DNA of 64,000 bases from positions 11,644-75,643 of the forward strand of contig JAYZBQ010000022.1 of the NCBI GenBank assembly GCA_036338695.1, given 5' to 3'. Under the pieces are notes generated by a model. That model made no database searches, was not told the DNA's origin, and saw only the letters and a list, made by a program, of their open reading frames with translations. Source of the DNA: Myxococcota bacterium. GTDB lineage: Bacteria; Myxococcota; UBA4151. Shown here piece after piece: positions 43,535 through 52,035 of this stretch; the stretch's first letter is position 1; each line of letters starts with the position of its first letter. A program made the translations under genes and the position numbers.

Positions 43535-44922
43535 GGCGCACCCTGCTGTGGTTTCGCGGTAAGGACTTACGCGTCGAAGACCACGAGGGGCTTCACCGAG
43601 CGCTCGCCGCAGACGAGGTCATCCCCGTCTTTGTCCTCGACCCGTATTTCTTCGATCCCGAGCGCGCCCAAGCGCTACCGCACCGAATGCAGTACTTGCT
43701 CGATGCGCTCGAAGAGCTCGCCGGTGACCTGCGCCAGCTCGGCAGCGAGCTCATCATCGAGCAGGGGCGAAGCGTCGACGTCATCCCGACGCTGGCTGCT
43801 GAGTGGGCTGTTGACGAGGTCATTGCGCAGGGTTGGACTGAGGGCTTCGGGCGCCAGCGCGACGCCCGCATTGAGGCGCAGCTGAGCTGCCCGCTGACGC
43901 TAGTTGATGGCGAAACGATGGTCTCACCGGGCTCGGTACGGACGCAACAAGGCGGAGCCTACAGCGTCTTTACGCCGTACTGGCGACGCTTCATGGCGAC
44001 GGCGCAGATCGCCCCACCACGACCGCGCCCTTCGCAGCTCCCTCCCCTTCCATCAGGCTGCGAAAGCTCGGCGCGCATCCCCTCGCTCGACGAGCTCGGG
44101 ATCCAGCGAAATCACCAGCTCCTCAAAGGAGGCTCAACCGCTGCGAAAGAGCGACTTTCGGGCTTTCTCTCGGCACGCGTCGGGTCGTACAAAACGGCGC
44201 GCAACCGACCCGACAAGGACGGCTCGAGCCGCTTAGGTCCTGACCTCAAGTTCGGCGCCCTCTCGGCGCGCCAGATCTGGGCGGCGGCGCAGCAACCGGA
44301 ATTACGCTCCGATTCGGGGTCCTTTCGGCGGCAGCTGGTCTGGCGAGAATTTGCGCACGACCTCGTGTGGAACCAGCCCAGGCTTCTCACCGAACCCTTT
44401 CGGCCCAAGTTTCGTGAATTCCCTTGGATTGGGCTCGACGAGCACTGGGAGGCGTGGGTCGAAGGCCGTACAGGCTACCCCATCGTCGACGCAGCGTCTC
44501 GCCAGCTCCTCGCCACCGGCTTCATCCCGAACCGAGCACGCATGATCACGGCGAGCTTCCTGACCAAGCATCTGCTCATCGACTATCGGCGGGGCGAGGC
44601 GCATTTTATGAAGTGGCTCACCGATGGTGACTGGATCCAGAACAATTTTGGGTGGCAGTGGTCAGCCGGCTGCGGGTGTGACGCGCAGCCGTATTTTCGC
44701 GTCTTCAATCCGATCCTCCAGGGCAAAAAGTTTGACCCCCAGGGCACCTACGTCCGGCGATGGGTTCCTGAACTCGAAGGCGTGCCTAAAAAGTGGATCC
44801 ACACGCCTTGGCTCGCCGAGCGCTCGCTCTTCGCTGCCGATTACCCGGCGCCGATCGTCGATCATGCGACCGCACGTAAGCGCTTCTTGGAACATGCGAA
44901 GGCGTATCTAGCGACCGTCTGA
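43531..44922 (+). CDS. phrB: deoxyribodipyrimidine photolyase (cryptochrome/photolyase family)
   Basis: WFR.KDLRVEDH, VFTPY, SRLGPDLKFG, WREF, GRTGYPIVDA, NRARM, GWQWSAGCGCDAQPYFRVFNP. Confidence 0.93.
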   Translation: MRRTLLWFRGKDLRVEDHEGLHRALAADEVIPVFVLDPYFFDPERAQALPHRMQYLLDALEELAGDLRQLGSELIIEQGRSVDVIPTLAAEWAVDEVIAQGWTEGFGRQRDARIEAQLSCPLTLVDGETMVSPGSVRTQQGGAYSVFTPYWRRFMATAQIAPPRPRPSQLPPLPSGCESSARIPSLDELGIQRNHQLLKGGSTAAKERLSGFLSARVGSYKTARNRPDKDGSSRLGPDLKFGALSARQIWAAAQQPELRSDSGSFRRQLVWREFAHDLVWNQPRLLTEPFRPKFREFPWIGLDEHWEAWVEGRTGYPIVDAASRQLLATGFIPNRARMITASFLTKHLLIDYRRGEAHFMKWLTDGDWIQNNFGWQWSAGCGCDAQPYFRVFNPILQGKKFDPQGTYVRRWVPELEGVPKKWIHTPWLAERSLFAADYPAPIVDHATARKRFLEHAKAYLATV

Positions 44923-45432
44923 ACCGCGCTGCCGTCGAAACACACGAACAGCACGCACAGGCGTCTTGCCTGGGACCTTGAAGGTGACCTCTTCGTGAAA
45001 AACCACGTCACTGATTCGACGCCGTGCGGTCGTCATCAACCCCTGCGGAAAGCGATCCTCCGTCAGGAGCGTATCCCCCTTGCCCAGCCAGCGAGATCGA
45101 CGCTCAGTCGTCCCGCCGTCGAGATTTTTGCCGATCGCCCAGCGGTTATCCACCGGCAGGACGATCGCCTCATCGGTGAAGCGCGTGATGACACGAAAGC
45201 TGATCCCGCGACGGGTAGCTCGAATAACCTGCTTGACCGCCAAAGAGCTCATCACCTTCCGAGCGATCCAGCCGTAGCCCATCGCCTGGAGTACAGGGTC
45301 CAGCGAGGTCGAGCTTTGTGCGTCGAGCGACCAGGTCCCCTCCATCCAGACCGCCGGTTTCGCCTGCGCCGGCTGGGCAACCGAGCACACGCCCAGCGCC
45401 AGCGCACAGGCTAGATGCACCGTGGTCCTCAT
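44908..45432 (-). CDS. secreted FABP/calycin-fold lipid- or bilin-binding protein
   Basis: Signal peptide ending AQA; 'EGTWSL..SS..LD..LQAMGYGWIARK' matches the FABP N-terminal signature; C-terminal 'AVRVFRR'. Confidence 0.6.
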   Translation of the reverse strand: MRTTVHLACALALGVCSVAQPAQAKPAVWMEGTWSLDAQSSTSLDPVLQAMGYGWIARKVMSSLAVKQVIRATRRGISFRVITRFTDEAIVLPVDNRWAIGKNLDGGTTERRSRWLGKGDTLLTEDRFPQGLMTTARRRISDVVFHEEVTFKVPGKTPVRAVRVFRRQRGSDGR

Positions 45433-46271
45433 CGGCTGCTCTGCGTTTGAGTCAGCTCTTGTGTCAGCGCCAGACAGTCGATGACTCTGCTGCGCGTCAC
45501 GTAGTGGCGCCCTCCCGCGCAGATCCTCTTCATCGCCACGTCATGATCTTGGGCGAACAGCGACCTTTGAGCGTGCGCCAAAGGCACCTCATCCCCATCG
45601 CAAAAGAGCCGGCGGTTCACCACTCGGTAGGTGGCTCGCTCATCCACTACGTCGACCTCGAAGCGGCGCTCAAAGCCCTCACCTGAGCGCAGCTCAAGCT
45701 CTGCTCGCCCATCGGCTAAGTCGAGCTCGGCACGGACAAATCCGGGCTCCACCCAGCGTTGGCGAATACGCTGAATCGGGCTGTACTCGGCGATGCAGTG
45801 AAGGCGCGCCAAGGCGGCGCCAAAAAAATAGTCAGGCGTCTCTCGGCCATTGCCCGGTTTGGTCATCACGACGCGCACGTGCTCTGGCCGACCGATGCGC
45901 TGCCGCAGCGCTTGATGCCAAGGCGCGAGCAGTTCGATATGCTCCACGTGCAGCAAGCGCTCCTGTCGCTGCGCCAACGAGAACAATGCCTGCGCAGCCA
46001 CAGGCTCGAGCGCCACCGGAAACTCCACCACGACATCGCAGTCAGCCTCAAGAGCGCGCCGCACCTGCGCCTCATGCTCAGCAGAGGGCGAGCAGATGGC
46101 GACGGCCTCGACGCGTTGGATCAGGTCATCAAAACCGACCTCTGGAGCTTCAAACTCGTGTGCAAACCGACCTCGGCAGACGGCGCTGAGGGTCGCACCT
46201 GGATCCAGAGCGATCGCTCGGGCACGGGCGCGCCCGGCACGGCCAACGCCAACGACCCCCCAACGCACCAA
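45429..46271 (-). CDS. biliverdin reductase A-like oxidoreductase (Gfo/Idh/MocA family)
   Basis: VVGVGRAG, ICS.S..H, VVVEFP, LHVEHIELL, ALARL, GEGFER, LFAQD, RVIDCL all track BVR-A motifs. Confidence 0.75.
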   Translation of the reverse strand: MVRWGVVGVGRAGRARARAIALDPGATLSAVCRGRFAHEFEAPEVGFDDLIQRVEAVAICSPSAEHEAQVRRALEADCDVVVEFPVALEPVAAQALFSLAQRQERLLHVEHIELLAPWHQALRQRIGRPEHVRVVMTKPGNGRETPDYFFGAALARLHCIAEYSPIQRIRQRWVEPGFVRAELDLADGRAELELRSGEGFERRFEVDVVDERATYRVVNRRLFCDGDEVPLAHAQRSLFAQDHDVAMKRICAGGRHYVTRSRVIDCLALTQELTQTQSSR

Positions 46272-46290
46272 CGCTAGTCCGCCTACCCGG

Positions 46291-46803
46291 TCACGCCGAG
46301 CGCTTCGCCGGTGCCGCTTCCCGGGGCGGGAAGAGCTGATGCATCATCTCGTGCCGGTACCGAAAGATCCGGTCCACGTCGTTGCGCACAAACAAGCGCT
46401 GAATGATGGAGCCACCGAAGACACGGTAGATCACGCGGTCGGTGCACATCGTCCCGCCGTCTTGCTCAACGAACTCATGGGTATGGTGCCACTGACGGTA
46501 CGGCCCGCGTAGTTGCTGGTCGACGAAGCTGTGCGGCGGGTTCCAGTCGGTGATCTCGGTGCGCCACTTCAGCGGGATCCCCCGCAGCCGAATCCGGTAG
46601 TCGATCAGCGCGCCGGTTTTCATCTCGATCGGCTTGGGCGTCAGCACCTCGAACCGTAGGAACTCGGGCGTCAAAACCTGCAAGTTGTAGGCGTCTTGAA
46701 AGAACGCGAAGACCTCGTCGATCGGATAATCTAAAAAGCAGTGCGACTCGAGCAGCCATGACCCATCCGGCTGCCTTGTTTGCGTTACGTCGTTGTTGCT
46801 CAT
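46291..46803 (-). CDS. SRPBCC family protein
   Basis: VFAFF.DAYNL..LTP, WRTEIT, FVDQQLRGPYRQWHHTHEF, IFRYRH. Confidence 0.9.
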   Translation of the reverse strand: MSNNDVTQTRQPDGSWLLESHCFLDYPIDEVFAFFQDAYNLQVLTPEFLRFEVLTPKPIEMKTGALIDYRIRLRGIPLKWRTEITDWNPPHSFVDQQLRGPYRQWHHTHEFVEQDGGTMCTDRVIYRVFGGSIIQRLFVRNDVDRIFRYRHEMMHQLFPPREAAPAKRSA

Positions 46804-47357
46804 CAGCTCAACTCCTTCTCATCACGTTGTTCTAAAAGCGCTCGAGCGCGCTCGCTCAGGAGCCCGAGCGCAATCGACCAGACGGCGCCGACCGCAAGAG
46901 CTCCTTCTAAGCCATGGATCTCCATACACCCGAGCCGCTCTCCACCGAGATAGGCGGCGGGCCCACCAAAGGCGCCTACTGCCGTCGCCAGCCCGCGGGT
47001 CCGAAGCAGCGCGAACTGGCTGTGCAGCGCCGTGGCGCCAAAACCAGCCCACAGCGAGATCATCCACAAAGGCACGCCCGCGAGCCGCATGCCCCCGAAA
47101 TAGGTGACCGACCCGGTCGCCGCCAAGGTGGCGTCGGTGGCGAGTCCCACCCCGACCGCCCAGACCAGCATCAGGAGCTCTTGCCGCAGCGCTCGACGCT
47201 CAAACCAGAGATGAACGGCAACGAACATCGCCATCGCGCTCGGCCGCACCCACCCGACACCGAGCACACACGCCCACCAAGCCGCCTGATGGCTAAGCCA
47301 TTGCGGCGCGCCGCCCCATCGCCAGATCATCGGACGCTGAAGGACGTCGGCTACCAT
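46803..47357 (-). CDS. DUF2878 family membrane protein
   Basis: HQAAWWACVLG, PLWMISLWAGF, GGPAAYLGG.RLG. Confidence 0.8.
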   Translation of the reverse strand: MVADVLQRPMIWRWGGAPQWLSHQAAWWACVLGVGWVRPSAMAMFVAVHLWFERRALRQELLMLVWAVGVGLATDATLAATGSVTYFGGMRLAGVPLWMISLWAGFGATALHSQFALLRTRGLATAVGAFGGPAAYLGGERLGCMEIHGLEGALAVGAVWSIALGLLSERARALLEQRDEKELS

Positions 47358-48304
47358 AAGCTCGACGGGTACGGATCCAGGTAGACCTGCCCAGCAAGCC
47401 ACGGATGCGCCCCTTTATCCAACACCTGGTGTTTGAGGAGCGTGAGCGGCGCGAGCAGCGACGTCTGGCCGTTTCCGTAGGCTCGGATCGCCTCCATCGT
47501 GTGCTGCCGACAGACACGGCTCAAGCGCTTTGAAACGTAGCCCATGATGTGCTGGAGCACGTTGACGTGGCGCCCGCGCGTTAGCCGATGCCCCATCACC
47601 GACTGCGCCTGGCCCAAATGATCTGCCAGCTGTTCCTGGGTGAGCGCACCTTTCAAGCTCGCCACCTGCCGACCGAGCGCTCGCTGAGCGCCAGGATGAT
47701 GCGCCATGTACAGCAGCTTGTGCGAAGCATACTCTGCCTGAAGCGCAGCGACCGATGGGTCCTCGCGCAACGCTTTGAGCCGCCTGCTCGTAAAAATCCG
47801 ATGCAGAAACTGCTGACGCAACATGGCGTCTTTGAGCCAACCCTCTTCCGCGCGCGCGAGCGCCGGGAAGTCGTTGCGCAGACGGTGCGTCAAGAAGCCG
47901 GCATCGCGCGCCACGACCTGCGCTTTTCGCTCGACGCCGGCGTATACCTTGACGCCGCTGATCCCGCAGGTGGGCGAGCCGCGCTTGAGTAAGAAACCAT
48001 CGAGGTCCAAACGAGACAGCCGATCGCTGATCGATTCGAGGGTCGAGTCCATGAGCGCGGTGTGATCTACGCCGCTCGGTGACTCGACGAGCGCGTTACG
48101 GGTCTCGCCGCGCAGCACTCGCACGACGGGTCTAGGGACACCCATACCCGCTTCCACTTCCGGGCATACCGGGACGAGTTCGACGTGCTGAGCGAGGACG
48201 TCCATCACGAAGTTATCTCGCTGGTGCCCGCCGTTGTAGCGGACCTGCTCGCCCATCAGGCAGGCGCTGATGCCGACGCGCGGCGCAAGACGATCTGCTG
48301 TCAT
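47351..48304 (-). CDS. YbgA family protein (DUF523 + DUF1722)
   Basis: GISACLMGEQVRYNGGH, VCPEVEAGMGVPR, SPTCG, HKLLYMAH, NVLQHIMGY, QVYLDPYP. Confidence 0.92.
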   Translation of the reverse strand: MTADRLAPRVGISACLMGEQVRYNGGHQRDNFVMDVLAQHVELVPVCPEVEAGMGVPRPVVRVLRGETRNALVESPSGVDHTALMDSTLESISDRLSRLDLDGFLLKRGSPTCGISGVKVYAGVERKAQVVARDAGFLTHRLRNDFPALARAEEGWLKDAMLRQQFLHRIFTSRRLKALREDPSVAALQAEYASHKLLYMAHHPGAQRALGRQVASLKGALTQEQLADHLGQAQSVMGHRLTRGRHVNVLQHIMGYVSKRLSRVCRQHTMEAIRAYGNGQTSLLAPLTLLKHQVLDKGAHPWLAGQVYLDPYPSSLW

Positions 48305-48306
48305 AA

Positions 48307-48387
48307 AACCACCCAAAACGTTCGCTTCGCCTAGATATTAGCGCCCAAACTGCGTATTTACAAACCAACAAACGACCAAAACAACTT
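48307..48387 (+). promoter_or_regulatory. putative operator: two pairs of 9-bp direct repeats
   Basis: AACCACCCA-AAACGTTCG (48307-48324) and AAACGACCA-AAACAACTT (48370-48387). Confidence 0.65.
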
Positions 48388-48389
48388 TT

Positions 48390-49637
48390 ATGTTCCTCAT
48401 GATCCTCGCGCAGTCGCTCCTAGCGGCTCCCAATAGCGACGCCCCAAAGCCACCGGATACACGCCTCGAGCTCGCCGGTTTACCTGCCGTGACCTATCGG
48501 AGCGACGCAGGCCTGGGCGCCGGCTTGCTGGCCTCCACGGCTCGCTTTCGACCGGGCTGTGTCCCCTTCTGTTGGCGGGCGCTGACGCTACTCCAAGGGG
48601 TCATGCAGTGGGATGAGCAAGGCATAAAGGTCCCAACACGCAACGCGGTGGTCTTCCTTGACCTCCCCCAGTGGCAGCGCCCCAACTGGCGCCTCCTCCT
48701 GGCGCTGGCCAACTTCGATGATGACGAGACAGGATACCGGGGGATTGGGACGCGGCGGATCGCCGGTGGGACGCGAGGTACCCCCTCCTACGGCTGGCAC
48801 CGTCGCGTCGCCGGGTTCAAGTGGCGTCAGCGGTGGCTTGGACGACCGACGTCGCCGACGGGGTACCTCGACGCCTACCTCGGTACCGAGCTTGGCTGGA
48901 ACACCGTCACGGCGCCACCGGGTAGCCAACTCCAGCTCGACCGCAGCGCCCATGGCCGGAATCCAGACTCTTGGGCTGGTCTGATCGCACCGTATCTGCA
49001 GCCGAGCGGTGATCACCTCGAGCTCCTGGTCAGCGCCGGGGCGCTCTACGATCACCGTGACCACGAGTTCACGCCGAGCCGGGGTGGATTTCATGAAGTC
49101 AGCCTGCGCAGTGGCCAAGCAGCGGACGCAGGCCTCTGGGCGAGTCTCTTTATCGAGTCGTCGTTTTTCAAAACTCTGATCGCTCAGCGAGTCGTGATTG
49201 CGAGCCGCTTGCTGCTTGATCACGCCGTGGGTTCGGTCCCTGTGTATCGCCGCGCTGAGGTAGGCGGTCTAATCCCGCATCTCGGCGTGTCAGGCGCTGA
49301 GGGCGTCCGCGGGGTTCCGACCTATTACGAGGTGGGTCAAACCAAAGCCATCGCCAACTTCGAGCTCCGCTGGCGCGTCGTGGACCACGTCGTGGGCCAG
49401 CAAGCCCTCAGCTGGCGAGCCGTGACCTTCGTAGACGCAGGGCGGGCGTGGACCGATCTGCACAACGGATTGCTCGAGCCGCTCGATCTCGACGCACCAT
49501 GGCACGCTGCTCTGGTTGGGTTCGGTGGTGGCCTGCGTCTGCGATGGGGCCAAGCGTTTGTGCTGAGGATGGATGCGGCCTTTAGCCCCGTGACGCAAAC
49601 CAGCGGGCTCTACTTTGGGACCGACCACATTTTCTAA
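48390..49637 (+). CDS. Omp85/BamA-TamA family beta-barrel protein, no obvious POTRA domain
   Basis: 'LPAVTYRSDAGLGAG', YDHRDHEFTPSRG, GVRG, NFELRW, FVDAGRAW, GGGLRL, terminal F. Confidence 0.75.
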   Translation: MFLMILAQSLLAAPNSDAPKPPDTRLELAGLPAVTYRSDAGLGAGLLASTARFRPGCVPFCWRALTLLQGVMQWDEQGIKVPTRNAVVFLDLPQWQRPNWRLLLALANFDDDETGYRGIGTRRIAGGTRGTPSYGWHRRVAGFKWRQRWLGRPTSPTGYLDAYLGTELGWNTVTAPPGSQLQLDRSAHGRNPDSWAGLIAPYLQPSGDHLELLVSAGALYDHRDHEFTPSRGGFHEVSLRSGQAADAGLWASLFIESSFFKTLIAQRVVIASRLLLDHAVGSVPVYRRAEVGGLIPHLGVSGAEGVRGVPTYYEVGQTKAIANFELRWRVVDHVVGQQALSWRAVTFVDAGRAWTDLHNGLLEPLDLDAPWHAALVGFGGGLRLRWGQAFVLRMDAAFSPVTQTSGLYFGTDHIF

Positions 49638-49832
49638 TCGCTTGACGTCTTCACCCATCAACAGCGGGGGCAGAAGCCACCGGCTCGCCCTGCAGAAAAT
49701 CACCGCTCGCCTCTTCACGGGTCATCAGTTGATGAACGCGCAGCCCGGAGCTAAAGTTGTCTACAGATAGTAACTAGTCACGGGCTTCGCCTTGTGAGAA
49801 GAACCGGCAGCCTTGAGGCGGGGGACCAGTTG

Positions 49833-50006
49833 ATGGACGCGATGACGCGCAGCCTGACGCTACAACTTGAGAGCCTATACGAAGAGCGCGCGTTTTTAGC
49901 GCAAGAGATCGGCGTGAGCGATGCACGCGACATTGTCGCGATGGTGCGCAGTCTGGAGGCGCAGCTGAACGACCTCTACGCACAGGTTGATCAACCGCAA
50001 AAATAA
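49833..50006 (+). CDS. small helical protein with two SLxxQLxxLY repeats
   Basis: 57 aa; MTRSLTLQLESLYEE / MVRSLEAQLNDLYAQ; directly upstream of and co-oriented with HTH-PYP. Confidence 0.6.
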   Translation: MDAMTRSLTLQLESLYEERAFLAQEIGVSDARDIVAMVRSLEAQLNDLYAQVDQPQK

Positions 50007-50035
50007 TAGCCTTTTTGCACGTTTTGGCTTGCCGT

Positions 50036-50053
50036 AAAGGTCCAAATAGTCCA
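50036..50053 (+). promoter_or_regulatory. putative autoregulatory operator upstream of HTH-PYP
   Basis: AAAGGTCCA-AATAGTCCA 9-bp pair; minus-strand AAACGTGCA at 50016-50024. Confidence 0.5.
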
Positions 50054-50081
50054 GCATAGCGACGTCTGGACAAAGAACATC

Positions 50082-50630
50082 ATGGCTGATCAGCATTTAA
50101 CGAGCACGAGAGTTGCGGAAATCCTTGGGGTTACGGCGTCAACGGTCAAACGTTGGGCTGACGAAGGCTCCTTGCCTTGCGAGCGCACCGCTGGGGGACA
50201 CCGGCGCTTCTTGGCGTCCGAGGTCGCACGCTTCCGACAAACAGAAGCAGACACCAGCGTGGCGCATCTGGCCACGCTAAGCGAAGAAGAGTTTGACGCG
50301 CTCCCGTACGGCGCGATCGGGCTCGACGAGCAAGGGGTGATCATCCGCTACAATGCAACCGAGGCGACGTTTTCGAACCACAAGGCGGACCAAGTTCTCG
50401 GGAGGAACTTCTTCACGCAGGTCGCTCCCTGCACCAACAACCGACTCGTCTTTGGCGCTTTTCGTGATGGGATCGCGTCGGGCTCGATGGACGTGAAGAT
50501 CCCCTACACCTTCACTTATGTGATGAAGCCGACCAACGTCGTGCTTCACATGGTGCGCTGCCAAGATACCCGGACCAACTGGCTGCTAGTCCACCATAAT
50601 ACGGATTCGACCGGCTCACTTATCGTGTAA
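50082..50630 (+). CDS. BldC/excisionase-type HTH fused to a photoactive yellow protein (PYP) domain
   Basis: HTH 'LTSTRVAEILGVTASTVKRWADEG.L...RTAGGHRRF'; PYP 'FDALPYGAIGLD..G.I.RYNATE...GRNFFTQVAPCT...YTFTYVMKPTNV' with Tyr42, Glu46, Cys69 and Met100 equivalents. Confidence 0.9.
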   Translation: MADQHLTSTRVAEILGVTASTVKRWADEGSLPCERTAGGHRRFLASEVARFRQTEADTSVAHLATLSEEEFDALPYGAIGLDEQGVIIRYNATEATFSNHKADQVLGRNFFTQVAPCTNNRLVFGAFRDGIASGSMDVKIPYTFTYVMKPTNVVLHMVRCQDTRTNWLLVHHNTDSTGSLIV

Positions 50631-50667
50631 GGGCTCCCCGCCGCGACGGCGAGGAGGAGCACGAACG

Positions 50668-51588
50668 ATGAACAAGAGCACCCTTTGGCTTGGCGCCTTG
50701 CTGGTCACTGCTTGCGGTGAGCCCTCTGAACAACCCAGCGACACCAACCGCCCCGACCTGAGCGACCTGCTCGACGCCGGGCCTGTAAGTTCGCCCGACG
50801 CAGGCGCTTCAGCAGACGCAGGCGTCGCGCCGAGCGACGCGGGGCCAAGCCCCATCGATGCCGGCGGCAACGTCGAGCCAGACGCCGGACCTCCCGCTCC
50901 GGTCGCTACCGAGCAACGCTACGCCATGAAGGCGGTCTCTGCGGTGCAACAGCGAAACCCCAGCCCGCTGGGGAACGAAGAGGTGCGCGTGACGACGACA
51001 CAGTACGTGCTGCTTGAGAGCGAGCGACTTGAAGAGGACTTCAGCTGGACAGAGACACTGTGCAGCATCACAACCAGCGAGGCGCGTTACCGGTTTGGGA
51101 TCCGCGCCAGCACCAGCTACCCGGCCGCCTTTGTGGATCACTTCCCGACCTTCGAGCGGACCGGGACGTGGACCGAAGCAGGCGAGTTCTCCGCAGGCCC
51201 GATGGCCTCGGTCGTCGGCGCTGAGCTGGCCAACCCGCTACGCGACCCACTACCCACCGAGCCAGGCGCAGGCGGGGAGATCGACTCCGACGAAGATGGT
51301 CATCCCGGCGTCACGGTCAACGTCGGCGGCGCCGTCTCGGGTTCCGTTTATGTAGCGCAGCGAAGCATCATATCGCTGCGCGGCCGAGAGCGCGACGGCG
51401 GCCGGATCGAAGGTCTCTGGCAATCCAATGACGAGCAGGTCGTTCTTGGCGCAAGCAGTGGGATCTTGAACCGACAGGTGGAGCGCCGCCGAGATCCGGA
51501 GGACGCTGCGAGCTTCTTTATTATGACCCCGATCGATGACGCGTGGGATTGCGACGACATCACCGCTCGGATCGACGAGCTGTTCTAA
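50668..51588 (+). CDS. lipoprotein of unknown function
   Basis: GAGGAG RBS; lipobox VTAC; DAG linker; DSDEDGHPGVTV loop. Confidence 0.7.
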   Translation: MNKSTLWLGALLVTACGEPSEQPSDTNRPDLSDLLDAGPVSSPDAGASADAGVAPSDAGPSPIDAGGNVEPDAGPPAPVATEQRYAMKAVSAVQQRNPSPLGNEEVRVTTTQYVLLESERLEEDFSWTETLCSITTSEARYRFGIRASTSYPAAFVDHFPTFERTGTWTEAGEFSAGPMASVVGAELANPLRDPLPTEPGAGGEIDSDEDGHPGVTVNVGGAVSGSVYVAQRSIISLRGRERDGGRIEGLWQSNDEQVVLGASSGILNRQVERRRDPEDAASFFIMTPIDDAWDCDDITARIDELF

Positions 51589-51989
51589 GCCGCCTCAACG
51601 GACGGCTCAGCGCCGTAAGCCCAGCGAGCGGACGCAGCGACCGTGGCGGTGAGCACGACGCCCCAGACGATATCGACCACGACCAGGCCTGATGGCCAGG
51701 CTTCGATGACGGCCCAGTTGGTGAACTCAAAGGTCGCGTAGGCGAACCAACCGAGCAGCGCGCCGCGCGCCGCCGCCATCCGCACGCTCGCAGCGGGGAG
51801 CGCGCCGAAGAAGACCACCACGGCGATGTATTGAACGTAGAAAAGCGCGGCAGCGCCGACCACGGTCTCTTGCGCTCGCAGCGGGCCGAGCTGTTCGTTG
51901 TAAAAGGATGCGGCGAAGACACCAAGCCAAACCAAATCCACGACCACCATGACCAACGCAGCCACGACAACGGCTCGAACAGAACGCAT
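51585..51989 (-). CDS. DUF2177 family membrane protein
   Basis: DLVWLG...FY..QLG, AYATFEFTNWA...WP...VDIVWG. Confidence 0.88.
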   Translation of the reverse strand: MRSVRAVVVAALVMVVVDLVWLGVFAASFYNEQLGPLRAQETVVGAAALFYVQYIAVVVFFGALPAASVRMAAARGALLGWFAYATFEFTNWAVIEAWPSGLVVVDIVWGVVLTATVAASARWAYGAEPSVEAA

Positions 51990-52035
51990 GGGCTTCCTCC
52001 TTGTCCAGCGAGCTCAAAAGAACGAATTGGATATT

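Noticed and set aside
49741..49790. Possible operator (AGACAACTT on the minus strand) upstream of the microprotein
   Set aside because: Single weak half-site with no in-phase partner
50082..50250. Excisionase marking a mobile element
   Set aside because: The Xis-like HTH is fused to PYP, and no integrase or att-like repeats are visible
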